From: Antedon mediterranea
Taxonomy: Eukaryota; Animalia; Echinodermata
Assembly: GCF_964355755.1 (NCBI RefSeq)
Contig: NC_092672.1
Span: 30,634,437-30,698,436 of the forward strand
Direction: 5' to 3'
DNA length: 64,000 nucleotides
Position numbers and translations under genes: made by a program. The stretch's first letter is position 1. The number at the start of each line of letters is the position of its first letter. Shown here piece after piece: positions 47,391 through 60,894 of this stretch. The notes beneath the pieces are model-generated. The model saw nothing but the letters and a program-made list of their open reading frames with translations. It searched no databases and was not told where the DNA came from.

Positions 47391-49559
47391 GTCCACTGGG
47401 CTTACTGCTTGTTTTGCCTTAGTCATACATAAGCACTTAAGCACATTTTTTATCTCGTTGTATACGGTACAGAGAGGCCCTGTGATAAAGAAAAGTGGTC
47501 GATTGAATGAAACCAAATCGACTGAGGTAAACAGTAGCTTCAGCGGCATAGAAGTTGTATATTGCGCTCATTTTGTCCTCGTTATACATAATCATACAAT
47601 GCTCCTAAAATAAGTGTTTGGGAAATCTCGCAAGCGGGTTGACTTTGACCTGGCAAAATAAGTATGGAGTGTCATAGATATAGGTTTATTCATTAGTAAT
47701 TGTTTGATTTGTTTAATTACTTGTATAATATTAATATACAATTGATAATTTTCGCTTTTGATGAAAAGAAAAAAAGTAACTATTTTGGTGTTACTTGGAG
47801 TTTTTTTTTAAAGTGGGATGGCGGAGAGGAGGGCGGGGGGGGGGGGGGTTGAGGTTATGAAAGCCCATTAATGTACCGACTTTGTTTTTCAGCTTTACCT
47901 GGTTTTTAAAATTCTCCCATGCTAATTATTTTTATTGATCTCATTATTATTCCCAATTTAAAATACTGTAGAATAAAAGACAAAAAAAAAAGAAGTAGGC
48001 ATACAACATCAACTCATTGAAACTTAAATAGAAATGTTTATTGTAAACATTCTTATTCCTTGCACTCTCATTTCTAAATGTAAACTATAACATACTATGT
48101 CCCTCTTAAATTGTCTATAGGCGTTAGGTAAACCTAAAATCTAAAAAAATCTCAGTAAATTATAGTATTTAAATATTATTGTTATATTATATGAATTGAA
48201 TGCATTATGTATGGAACTCAGGTAATACTACTTATTGTTTTATTATTGAAATTATATGGAATATAAAATAAAAGTGCATCTAAAAAATCAATATATATTT
48301 GTATGCGCAACATTAATAACCGAAAATTCGGAAAAATTGAATACCAAGAACAAAAAAAGAAAAGTAGCGTAGCAAACGAAATGCTGTACAAAATAAAAGA
48401 GACACTTTAGCCGACAATGTTTAAGCCTAGACATTAAGTAAACACATATACTTAACCCCGCCTAACAATGTTCTGATTATTGTATTTTGATGATCTTAAG
48501 TATCATCCTCCAAGATTTACACAATACTACGAACTGATTAAAGTCTATGATTATATTAGAATCTGTAACATTTCTTTATAAAATGGAAGAAGTTAGACAT
48601 TCCATCCATTGGTCATTATGCGCTATTATAATTATGAAGAAGCGTTTAAAAAAATGCCCGGCTAAGTTTTTGTTAAATTTTCAGAAAATAGGTTCAAACT
48701 CCAAAAAAATGTCTTGTCTTTGAAGGTTACGTCAAATATAGAATAGATACGGTTTTATCCAGCATGTATGTCTAAATTCCAGCCAAGAAATATAATTTAT
48801 TATAATTTACCTGATTCACTTTATAGTTGCCCTTTTTTTAATACATTTAATCAGGGAAGAGTTAAATTACAATAATAATAATAATAATAATTAATTTACA
48901 TTAATTAGTAGTATTTGATTTATTACCGTACCAGAAGTACCGCATTGATGCAAAAAAAAAAAACCAAAAAAATATTTTAGTTAGTGTGTTCTCTAAAAAA
49001 GGGCGCACCTTTAACATTTAGGGGAGGTGGGTGGAGACGCGGAACTTGATAGGCTTAGTCATAAAGTAGTTACATAGTTACAGTTTGTTCTAAAGTGTGT
49101 TGTTTGATTTTTCTCTCTGCGATATAAATATATTATAGACCTAATATTGTTTTTATTATTATTAAATGTAATGTAAAAAATGGTTATCAATATGAAACTT
49201 ACATCGGTTAATTCTGTCTAATATGATGTTTCAAAAAAAAAAAATCAACATATCAACATAGTTATGCTTACCTCTATTATGAATGGTTTAATCCAATGTT
49301 GGGTTACTGTACTATTTAGTATTATGCTGATTATTTTCTTTCGATATTACTTTTCATAACTTTACACCTGGAGGGCCACAACAAAAGGTTAGTGTTTACG
49401 GTTTCTACCTTTCTGCTTTCAGAATGGTTTGATCCATACATAATATAAATAGAAATTATGTTTCTACCTTGCTGCTTTCTGTACAGCTTTCTGTTGCGGC
49501 AAACAATTACCTGTTTTTGTAAAGATAACAAACAACTCATAATCCCATTTTCTCCTCAA

Positions 49560-51016
49560 ATGATTTGTATTCATTTTCTAAGTAAATAGCTAATAACAAT
49601 AGATCGTTTTCACATCGACCAAATCATCAATAAAGGCAATAGAGTCATTGCTTATATTAAGTCAATTATAGACCGATTTGATAATTTTAAGAGAATTTTT
49701 ATTCTATTGGAAAACAATTGCTCTGCCTACAATAAATTACGCTTGTTAAGTGTGGGTCAGCCAAAGCAGGAAAGATATTGATAAAATTGAGTCACTTAAA
49801 TTACAAATGGCGCGGTACATCTTAAAAGCTAGTAGAAATACACCTAAAGAGGCCTTGTATGGGGATTTAGGGTGGGTTCCAATTAAAGTTATTCAAGATA
49901 TATCTAGAGCCAAATTGATTAATTATGTAATGAACATGGATAAACACCGTTGGCCTAACTTTATGCTTAATACGTGTCTAAGTTCAACCAAAAATGTAGA
50001 ACCACGCTATAAACTGATTCCCAGTTTTGCTAAGACGTGTGCGTCTATTAATATGGACATCAACTCAATTTTTGAAACTTCCTACCTCGGCAATGACCCT
50101 GATAGTCATTGGGTTAAGAGATTTAAAGAGTTGATGCATGACACAAACATTGCATTTTTGGAAAAGTGAAATGCTAAGAAAATCGTCACTTCAGTCATAC
50201 TCTCCTATTAAGTCTAATCCGTGCCTTGAAAAATATTTATTGGATTGTACAGACTTTCTATGATCTAGCCACAAATTCAAACTACGTTCTAACACCCTTC
50301 CTTTAGGTCACAGGAGTTGTAAGTGGCTTCCTGAATATGATGGTATCTGTAAAATGTGTAAGAATGGTTTAGAAGACATTCAACATTTTCTATTCACATG
50401 TAACCAACGTAATGGCATAAGGATTGAAGAATATACCAAATTAGAATATGTGTTAATCAATATCAATCATTTAGATGTATGGGTAAATTTTATCTCTGGT
50501 GACCTGAACACCAAATTAAATTTTGCATTAAGTGGAACTGATAACTATACTATCATTATATGTATGACTTCGATTCCATATCAAATGTCTTTGATTGTTA
50601 CTGTAAGCACTATGTTAAAAGAGCATGGGCACACAGATGTATTGTTCTTGGCGAGTAATGTTCATATCAATCAAACTAAATGATTGATATCTCTCTCATT
50701 ATAGTGTTAGGTCTACAATTGTTGATGCCCAATTCATTTTATATTGTACAGTTCCTACCTATTCTATTATTGTTTATTTCTTGTAATTTTATATTTTTAG
50801 GTGTCAGTGGGTTTCCTGCTGCTGTAGTGTTAATTATCAATGGAATTGTAGTTACTGTAGTTGAATTGTTTTGACATGTTGACCTACGTCGACTTTTTAT
50901 TGTAATTGTTATTTTCTATATCATGTTTTTTTTTTGTATATTTCTTTTGGATGCACCTTCCATTTGGTTGAGTCCCACTTTTGTAAAAGTGTAATCTCCA
51001 ATTAAATTATTATTAA
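49560..51016 (+). mobile_element. Degenerate non-LTR retrotransposon ORF2 C-terminal fragment with CCHC finger (RTE-X-like)
   Basis: IDKIES..QMARYILKASRNTPKEALYGDLGW; KLRSNTLPL; CKMC..EDIQHFLFTC; stops and frameshifts; (ATT)n tail near 51005. Confidence 0.75.
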
Positions 51017-51769
51017 TAGACTAAAAAAAAATGTTTATGCTAAACTCAGATTAAAACTTTATATTATAATACAATCACAATATGTAGTTCCAGAGAGCCC
51101 ACTAATAAATTTGAAGTATATAAGATAAAACAAACTCCGAAAAAAGTAAGACAAGCCATTTCGATTCTATAAATATTTCTAACTTATATAAATATGACAC
51201 TAAATATTCAGAATAATGCAATTGGATCTTTTGGCGGGGCTCAGAGTCATTTTGAACAAGAATGTATTTAATAGAAATATAAATATGTTCTTCAAGATTT
51301 GCATTTTATTTATTTGTAGGGTCAAGATAAAATGTCATTATCTTACGATATAAAATACTGAATTCATTTGGATGATGTACCTATGAACATATCATATCTA
51401 TTTAGAAAAGCTCATTTGATTTGACTCCATGGATCGAACTAATGGGAAAGGTCATTTCATTGTAAAGAATTACATAATTATATTTGGGAATTTTTTAAAT
51501 TACAGTACACCATGCTAAAATATGTCTTAAACACAAAAACTGTCAATCTTGGCTAGTTGTATGAAGTGTTTAAACTGAAATTATGGGAAAGTGTGGAAAA
51601 TACCTTTACCCTCTTCAAAACAATGTTTGTGTAAAAGGAGGTGATGTGGTTCAAACAGTAACCGACCACTTCTTAAACAGTAAAACCTGATCCTAACATT
51701 GGGAAATGTTAAGTACTAACCAAAGTGGGTGCAGTGTGAAAGATGACATATTCTGTGAATACAGAGACC

Positions 51770-52107
51770 ATCAATCAATCAATCAATCAATCGTTCGATT
51801 TATATAGCGCCATTCCAACATTCATTGCTCATGGCGCTGTAGAAAAAATCAGAAAAGGTGAGTTTTGAGTAGTGACTTAAAGTGACTCAATAACGATGTG
51901 TGTTTAATGTTCAAGGGTAGGTGGTTCCAAAGTCCGATCTCCCCAACTATGTTTGCTCCTTGGAATGTCCAGTAGCACCTGATGACTAGATCTTAGTTCT
52001 CGCTTTCCCTTCTTGACTGTCAACAATTCTGAGAGATATTTTAGAGCGCAACTATTTAGGCATCGGAACACCAGCAGCAGGATCTTAAATTTAACACGTG
52101 ACTCCAT
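51770..52107 (-). mobile_element. L2-type LINE 3' fragment with (ATTG)n tail
   Basis: RVKFKILLLVFRCLN..KYLSELL..LRSS..LL.IPRSKHSWGDR; GCGCCATGAGC..GGCGCTATATAAAT end; (TCAA)n on the plus strand at 51770-51792. Confidence 0.8.
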
Positions 52108-53736
52108 GTTAACTATGGATCTTTAGAACAAATATCTATAGTTTACATTAGTATAAGAACGAGTCCTCTGCTCTCAAATGACACAAATACAGAAAATATA
52201 GAGATACCTAAAAATAAAAACTTTCGTAACACAATACATTTTTTCAGTTTGAAAAGGATGAAAGTGTTTTACAAAATAAAGCCATTAAAAATAGATGCAG
52301 TTTGTATTCATATATTATTTAAATACCATTAGCGCATGTTAAAATTGATCTAAAACAGATATTATATAATATGTAACTTTTTTTAAAAACTGAAAAGTTA
52401 ACTTTCAATTAAGTCTTATAATCCAAGTATTAAGTAACAGTATTTATTAATATTTTTATTAGCAAAATGTTGCTTCAATCCAGAATCCTAGAATACAATG
52501 AATACAGTAAGTAAGGGAGAGGAACTGTCATTATGATACTTACTAAAGAATAATTTAACAAAAGTAGTCTTTGCAACTGTTGTTGTTTAGTTTATTTGAT
52601 TTTTTTTTTATTATCCATGATAATTTAAATTATTAATTATCAGAAAGCTAAGTTTATTGGATGTTTTGCTGTACTTTGAGGTAATTTTACTGAATTCTCA
52701 GTGCAGCGAGAATTGATTGAGAGTATGGCAAAAACATCTTTAAAAAATTAAGTCCTTTGAGTTGAGTCCCACCCAAGAATTATTTAGAAATGTTTGTGAT
52801 CAATGTTTCAGAAATGTAAGGGTACTAAGCTTGATAGGCCTACTAAGTACTTCAGATTAAAAACAATATTATCAGAATAAGCTATAGGGTGTAAAGTAAA
52901 TGACCTACCGGTACTAATCCTATGTAAATTTAGTAGTTGTTCAACATGTTTAAGGTATAGTCATTGACCTTGTAATCTCTGGGTGGGAGGGTGTGGGCAC
53001 AATGAGCAGACATCATTTTTCTGCAATGTCTGTATAATATACTGTATATGCTATGTTTTTAGTAGTAAGTAGTAAGACTACTACATATTTATTTAAAGGA
53101 TAATTTCAATGTTTTTACATTGTGATCCGTGACCCAGTGACTCCAGTGTAAGATGAACAATCAAATGTGCTGTTCTGAATCTTAAGGCTCATGTTTATAT
53201 TTGTACTTGTAAATTCTTATTCAAAATACCTATTTGATTAAGAGATATTAGCATATTTTAGATGGGTACTAGAATGACATTTAACCTTGACCCCTAAGAC
53301 AAATCAAATACATTATTCTGAATCTTTGAGGTCATGTTTATATTCGTGTTTAATACATTCTTATACAAAATTATAAGATAATTGGGATGAAAATTGTCAA
53401 ATGGCAGCCATCCGATTTTATGCAAATTAGGCCACTTATACTGGGCAGATCAGGGTAGGTTTTGGATATAGCATTCTCATTATTTTGAATTTATTTCAAC
53501 AATAAAAAAAACTTTTGCAATTTGTTTGAAATCAAAGGCTATTTTTTAGCTATTTCCACCCGTTTAAATATACAAAACGGAAACAATTTAAGCTTAGAAC
53601 GAGCCCTCCATATTATAAGCTCAGCTTATTTTGGAAGCTAGACTTTATTGTCATAACATTTGTTTTTTTGTTGTTTTTGGTTGTTTTAATACAAACAAAA
53701 AATGTATTCTGATGTATGGCATTTTAATACATTTTC

Positions 53737-54293
53737 ATATTTACAGATGTTTTCGATTCAATTTTTGTTCAAATTGGATAACTATATGTGAAATTAAGAT
53801 GGCATATTCAAGAAAGCCAATTTCAAATGTTATTTTTTTCAGGGGGACAATACACAATACATCTTTAAATGGAAACAGTCTGGCAATATAATTTACTCGG
53901 ATAGTGCAAGTTAATATAATATAATGGAACACTGCGACACTGCGAAACTCTACTAATGTTGCCTCCAATCGATTTTTGTCGTTCCTAAGGCTAAATATAA
54001 TTATTAATAATATTAATAATTATATTTAGCCTTAGAAACGACAAAAATCGATTGGAGGCAACATTAGTAGAGTTTCGCAGTGTTCCATTATATTATATTA
54101 ACTTGCACTATCCGAATAAATTATAATATAATTAGTCTATTGCCAGACTGTTTCCATTTAAAGATGTATTGTGTATTGTCCCCCTGAAACAAAGAACATT
54201 TGAAATTGGCTTTCTTGAATATGCCATCTTAATTTCACATAATAATAGTTATCCAATTTGAACAAAAATTGAATCGAAAACATCTGTAAATAT
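53737..54293. repeat. 557-bp near-perfect palindrome (foldback) with a 1-nt centre at 54010
   Basis: 53737-54009 is the reverse complement of 54011-54293 apart from a few substitutions and small indels. Confidence 0.95.
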
Positions 54294-54804
54294 AATATAA
54301 TAAAATACGACGTGCTGTGGGATTGGGGGTGTGTGGTGAAATCTGATAATTTCAGAAGAGGCCAGCGTCTAGTCGTCTGCCTTAGTTCAACTTTACTCTT
54401 TCTCTACATATTTTCATATTCGTAATTCGTGTAATGTTTCATGAAATACTTGTAAAAATAGAACCTTTTCTATTTTATCTGTACGTGGAAGGGTGCTGCA
54501 CAATTTATCTAGGCAGCGAAAATTAATTTATTCTAAGCTCTGTTAGGATTACAACGGAAATACACCTGTTTAAATTGTTTTGTGTGGGTGTGTGTGTTGC
54601 TATTCTGGTCAAAATCGTTACGTTCATTGTCTAACAGTTCTTTCAAAAACTTGTACTGCATTTGAATATTAATCTTTGATATTATGTTTTCTGTTTATAA
54701 TGGCAGATTTATTTCCCCCATTTCTAGTATATTGCGTTGCATTGTAGTCATAAATAAAGTGTTATTATCATATAATCGTTAACAAATATCAAGAAAACTT
54801 TTAC

Positions 54805-55647
54805 TTATTTTCTATTTTGATTTATGCTAAATGGTATTTTATAGTCAAAAAGTGTAAAATCATAATTATTTGAATTTGTAATATAAATCAGCTAACATTG
54901 AAACCGGTAAAGACTTTAAATATCTTATCATTAACTGAGCTATACGTAACATGCGATTTGGAAGGTTCCGGAAAACCTACACTTGTCACATTTGAAATTT
55001 TTAAAATATATTTAGCATCATTTGTCATATCTTCAAAATGTTCTATGACGTCATAGTGGATATCGCACGAACCGCATACCTTATACATCTCGCTCCAATG
55101 GACGTTGTCCACGTTAGAGACTACCATATTAATAAAATCAACAAATTCCACGTCTTCAGTTGCATTTCTATCCCATTTATAGTGATCCTTAATTTTGTTT
55201 ACATATTTCTCAATACCTCGTTGGTATTTTCCATCTTTCTTCTTCATTTTGCCATTAAAGGCTGATAAAAGTCGTGTGAACGGGTGTCTAACGAACATAA
55301 ATTTAGTGTAGTTAGCCAAAATGTCTTTCTGTTTACTCAATGGGAATGGGTACATGTTTCTTTCACGCATGGCGAACCTGTTCTGTGGTAAGTTTCATCA
55401 CTTGTGTGTAGTTCATATATTCCGATAATACCAACATTATTCGACACCAACTTGTACTTCCGACTTTCGGAGTTTGACAGAAGACAAGTTTGTGTTTCTC
55501 ATTTACTAAGAGTCTTGGTTTTCCTTTCATTTTACATTTTCCATGCCGCGAACACATTTCGTTGGTATGCTTCGTTCGTTTTACATGAATTAACGAATAT
55601 CTCTTCATGAACTCCTCAATACTTTCTAGTTGTTTTGTTGAATTAGC
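54805..55647 (-). pseudogene. Carbohydrate sulfotransferase (Sulfotransfer_2, CHST11-like) pseudogene exon
   Basis: Collinear with 60034-60894; TGG->TGA and an 11-bp deletion near 55350-55365, with further frameshifting indels near 54870-54915; split into ORFs 55363-55608 and 54888-55370. Confidence 0.9.
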
Positions 55648-56629
55648 CTGATCAAAATAAAAGTTACGTTAAAATAAAGGTTCTTTGTAACACAATTTAT
55701 TTTAAATGGAACGCTACAAAAACAATCCTCCGCTTTATCACCCTGCATGAATACCTAATAACCAGACAAGAACGTATCTTTGTTACATTTTACTATCAAT
55801 CAAATTTCTTATCACGAAAGGGCCATTCTTCAACATAATACTATAGGCCTACGCCTAATAATATAAATAATTGAATAGTGAGGGATTAGTTACAGTGTTG
55901 AATTTGAATAAACCATTGGTAAGCCTATTAACCATTTAAAATGAACATGCTGTTATAATACAAAAACAACATTATTCAATCATAAAAACGCTCTACTACA
56001 CATGATAAATAGATGTCGGTCGATAAACTTCTGACGACGACTAACACAACGACAATCAGCTAAATGAATTCGTGATTTTATTTTATCTCTGGCTTGTTAC
56101 ATTATCATGATACATTACCGGACTTCTCCCTCTCGCAATGAACGGCAGTACAGATCTTCCCTATGTAGGCTCGTGTATGTAGCCTACTACGTCATTCACA
56201 AGTTACCCACGCATAGCAGTGTTACTAGCGCCATCACAGATTACCTCTATGGATCAAGCATTCACACATGAACGTGGAGTCCAAAAAAAAAAATTCATCG
56301 ACAAACGAAATATAGCCTATATTTAATCCTTTTAAATATTAGGCATATTGCCAAGGCTAATAATCGATTTGTCCATAATTATTGCGTTTTGCTGGGGGTT
56401 TTCCATAATCTAAGGCCAATTTTAAAGCCAAATCATAATTGTGCGTATAGTTTTGTATTTCCGATGCGTGTAGTACCCTTTTTATTTTCACTTCCTTACG
56501 TCAGGCCAAATCGTAGTAATGTATGGACGTTCCGAAATTTGAACCGTGTTATACCGGTAGCGGAGTAAAGTTTGCTTCTTTCTGCAAATGTCCTTTTTTT
56601 TTTATTTTATTTCAACACATACATAATAC

Positions 56630-58215
56630 AACATTAATAGATAATTAAGTTATCGTTGATATTTCGATACATATATTGTTTTACATTTTCCCATAATTTC
56701 TTTACTAGATCACATTCAAAGAACATATGTAGCAGTGTTTCCTGCCTTTCCTTGCAAAAACTACACATTGGTGAATCGACCTTTGACATCTTAAAGAGCA
56801 TTGTTTTTGTATAAATTATACGATGAATATATTTAAATTGAAAAATGTTGAGCTTGGTGTCCTTTGTACATGCGTGTAAATTTGAGAAAAGGTTTTTCCA
56901 ATTAAGTTTGTTGTCAAACTCCTTTTGCCATTTGGATTCAATTCCAAATTGGCTCTTCAACATATTTTAATATAATGTGTTTATAGATATAATGACAATT
57001 TCTTGTTTTCACAGAATTATAAATGTCTGTAATTTATATTCAACTTCATTAGTTGTGTTTACAATTAATTTCTGTTTACAGGGCTTTGGAATTGAATTTA
57101 CAATCTGGTGATATAATAAGAAGTCTGGTTTAAAATTATATTTTTGCTTAAATTCGTCTAGTTCTAATATTTTCCCTTCTTTGTTCACGATATCTTTTAC
57201 ATAGTTTACATTTTTAACCAACCAATTTTTTTCAACTTTAAATTCTCTTTTATCAAAACATGAGTTGTTCCATAAAGATCGATTTAAGATGTCCTCTATC
57301 TTTTTTTTTCATTTTATTTTATTCAATTTCCAGGTAACATACAAAAATCATAAACAAAGTACGGCATCATTCAACAAAACAGAACAAAAGTACTATCAGC
57401 ACCTGCGGGTAACCAAAAGTGGATCAGTTCAAAAGAACTGCACTGTCGAATGGCTTTCCAAACTAATAGTACGACAAACGCAATAGACATAAAAACACAG
57501 TGATAGTCTAGATGAATTCGATATCAGTAATACATTTTTTCAAATCCCTTCTAAACCCCCCAAAGTTAAACAGGACTTTGTTACGAACTTCATGCGGGAT
57601 ACATTCCCATATTCGAGGGAAATTAACGAACAGGGAGTATTTAAATGCATTAGTTCTAGCATACATGTGTTTAAAGGTGAGGGACTCTGGATACCGAGAA
57701 TTAATTGTAAGGTATTCAAATATATCAAAATCAATTAAATTATGCAAACACTTAACTACAAAAATTATACTATGAAATTTCATTCTTTGAACCATATCTG
57801 GTAAATTTAGTATCTTAAGCCTGTCAGTGAAATCGCCTTCAACACACAATTTATTAACCCGTCTTAATGACTTGTTAATAGCTATATTATGTTGTTTTTG
57901 ATGTGGATCCCACACAAGAGCACCATATTCAATAACAGGTCGACATAGTGCATTAAAAAGTTGTAGTAAAATTTTGGTGACATTGAAACCTACAAACCGT
58001 TATCGTATACGGTTCTACAACATTGTATTCACTCCACGCAGAGAGTATATCTTTATGGAACTTTTCAAGTTGTTTAATTTTTTGAAGATCTACAAAAGTT
58101 GGTTTCCAAAACAATATTTCCTCCAACCTCTTTAATCTAACTTTTAATAAACAATTTCCACTTGGATTGATTTCCATCAAGATATCTTTTCACCCAACAT
58201 GATTTGAGAGATAAA
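56630..58215 (-). mobile_element. L1/Tx1-like LINE ORF2 C-terminal fragment (zf-RVT region), interrupted
   Basis: FHKDILSAW; VKDIVNKEG...F..KY..FL.Y.QI...IP; KW..E..NW...TKDTKL..FQFK.IHRI..T..L.KM....SP.CSFC....ET..H.F.EC..V..LW. Confidence 0.85.
57300..57958 (-). mobile_element. CR1-group LINE 3' fragment nested in the Tx1-like element
   Basis: LCRPVIEYGALVWDPH...RLK.LNL....R......K.LH.LID......ARTNAFKYSLF...PRIW; A-rich tail appears as a T-run at about 57300-57322. Confidence 0.8.
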
Positions 58216-58308
58216 AATGTCCTATCATTTGTTTTCTTTTGGAATGTGGTTTAAACACTTTTGTAAAGTTTATAGTGGATAAATACAAATGAATTTTGGA
58301 AATTGTGG

Positions 58309-58363
58309 TTTTAACATCTGACTTTATTTAGCATTAAATACTAAATAAAGTCAGATGTTAAAA
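58309..58363. repeat. Perfect 23-bp stem hairpin with a 9-nt loop
   Basis: TTTTAACATCTGACTTTATTTAG-CATTAAATA-CTAAATAAAGTCAGATGTTAAAA. Confidence 0.9.
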
Positions 58364-60033
58364 ATTAAGATTTAATTCAAAATAATACAATTTAACGTTT
58401 TGCTCAATATATTCATAACAGTAGCAACTTTTTAAAATTATTAATTGAGTTTAGTTATTAGAATGTATTACCGTACCAGAAGTACCTTCATCGGGGACTT
58501 CCTCGTGACGTTCGCATTGAACGACAAAAATGTTATCCTATATTGTTAGTCGCGTATGTTTTATTACCGGCGGAATAATATAGGCTACAATCCTCTGTTT
58601 GCTAGCGCACTATAGAGTGAGTAACATTTCCGGCGAACTAGGTGCAATTTATCATGATTTTTACGTGCGAGAGTACCATTTGCGGCCATCTAGGGGTGTC
58701 ATTTAAAAATGTGCTTGCTCAAATACTCAGTGTCTACAGCCCTGGAGTCTTTGGGCAACCCTCTTAAAATATTCCTGCGACCGCCCCTGTATTTATGTTT
58801 CTTATTTTTCTGAAATATTTATTTTTTGACATCAATATAATGAAAGGACAATGGTCGGATAATTTTTATGTGGTGGGAGGAGATGAGACGAGACCCTTCC
58901 TTCCTTTTTATATATTTCCAATATTGCTTTCTGTCTCTTGCTGTCTTTTCTTTGGGATGTTGAAACCCTCGGTATATTAAATTAACGCCTTTACCCTTCT
59001 TTAAAAAACCGTTGGTCCATCCATTATAAAATACGAATTAAGTTTGTCAGTAATGTAATATCAAGTATATCTTAACCAAATGGAAAGTGGCAGAGAAAAC
59101 AATCTGTGTTACCCCTTATACACTAGTTTGTAGTCACCCCTCCCAGATAAGCGCGATTTCCACCGCTTTGATATAGGGGAGAACATAATGAAAGAATCCG
59201 CGATTCATGATGCGCTTCGCGCTATACATAAAGGAAGCGACACTATTATGTAACCGGCCAGCCATTGCCACAAAAGAACAAACGCGCACGCGCATGGGTT
59301 TTAGATTTTTAATAGCCATCTACTGCATTGTTAAATAATAATGGATTTGCAATTTAACTCCAAGGTGGAATGAGATTTATATTAGATGAACGATAATAAC
59401 AAAAAAAAATCTTTAAATTATAATAATTAAACCTTTAATATGATATAAATGATTATAAATTCGTCAATAAACACAGTCCTTAAATAAAACGATCAATATA
59501 CAAGAATAACAATAATACAAGTAGGCCTAATCAGTATAACAAAATACAGTAAATATGGCTTATTTCTATTTATTAAACTTTTTTTATCGGACTGAACCAC
59601 GGTTAAATTTATTGTATTGTATGTTCTGTTTAATTAAGGTATTTAAAATGGAAATAAATATGTTCCGATTGTATTTGTAATTTAGTGTTGTATTTAAAAA
59701 TAATTAACATGTCTTTGGCGGGGCCATAAATTAATACGATCGACCTTCACCGTGACGCACGGCACTACGTGTGTGAGTTCGCTGGGCTGTATAGTTTAGC
59801 CAGCTAGGCCTAGCGATCACTGACTGAGGTTCGTGCGTGATTTTTTCGTTTTTTTAGTATGAAAAAGACATTGCAAAACACCAAGGTATCTTAGGTAATA
59901 GAAACCATTGATTAAAGTATGATTTTTCATAATTTTATTATTGTCGGCAATGTGGATTTTTCGTGTGCTGACTATAGGCACTAACTAATTGTTATTATCA
60001 TATAATCGTTAAAAAATATCGAGAAAACTTTAC

Positions 60034-60894
60034 TTATTTTCTATTTTGATTGATGCGAAATGGTATTTTATAGTCAAAAAGTGTAAAATCATATTTGAAT
60101 TTGTAATATAAATCAGCTAACATTGATACCGGTAAAGTGGAAAAGGCTTTAAATATCTTATCATTATCTGAGCTATACGTAGCATGCGATTTGGAAGGTT
60201 CTGGAAAACCTACACTTGTCACATTTGAAAGTGTTAAAATATATTTAGCATCGTTTGTCATATCCTCAAAATGTCCAATGACGTCATAATGGATATCGCA
60301 CGAACCGCAGACCTTATACATCTCGCTCCAATGGACGTTGCCTACGTTAGAGACTACCATATTAATAAAATCAACAAATTCCACGTCTTCAGTTGCATTT
60401 CTATCCCATCTATAGTGACCCTTAATTTTGTTTACATAATACTCAGTACCTCGTTGGTATTTTCCATCTTTCTTCTTCATTTTGTCATTAAATGCTGATA
60501 AAAGTCGTGTGAACGGGTGTCTAACGAACATAAATTTAGTGTAGTTAGCCAAAATGTGTTTCTGTTTACTCAATGGGAATGCACCTAGACGGGGTACATG
60601 TTTCTTCCACGCACGGCTAACCTGGGCTGCGGTAAGTTTCATCACTTGTGTGTAGTTCATATATTCCGATAGCACCAACATTATTCGACACCAACTTACA
60701 CTTCCGACTTTCGGAGTTTGACAGAAGACAAGCTTGTGTTTCTCATTTACTAAGAGTTTACTAAGAGGTTTTCCAGCCAGACGTTTTCCATGCCGTAAAC
60801 ACATTTCGTTGGTATGCTTCGTTCGTTTTACATGAATTAACGAATATCTCTTCATGAACTCCTCAATACTTTCTAGTTGTTCTGTTGAATTAGC
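60034..60894 (-). CDS. Carbohydrate sulfotransferase, Sulfotransfer_2/HNK-1ST family (CHST11-like): intact catalytic terminal exon; upstream membrane-anchor exon not found
   Basis: 5'-PSB FCQTPKVGSVSW, 3'-PB FMFVRHPFTRLLSAF, HW..MYKVC..C.I.YDVIGHFE, LY..F.YDF.LFDY; acceptor TTATTTTGATCATCAG| gives in-frame ANSTEQLESIEEF before the Met at 60855. Confidence 0.92.
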   Translation of the reverse strand, partial: ANSTEQLESIEEFMKRYSLIHVKRTKHTNEMCLRHGKRLAGKPLSKLLVNEKHKLVFCQTPKVGSVSWCRIMLVLSEYMNYTQVMKLTAAQVSRAWKKHVPRLGAFPLSKQKHILANYTKFMFVRHPFTRLLSAFNDKMKKKDGKYQRGTEYYVNKIKGHYRWDRNATEDVEFVDFINMVVSNVGNVHWSEMYKVCGSCDIHYDVIGHFEDMTNDAKYILTLSNVTSVGFPEPSKSHATYSSDNDKIFKAFSTLPVSMLADLYYKFKYDFTLFDYKIPFRINQNRK

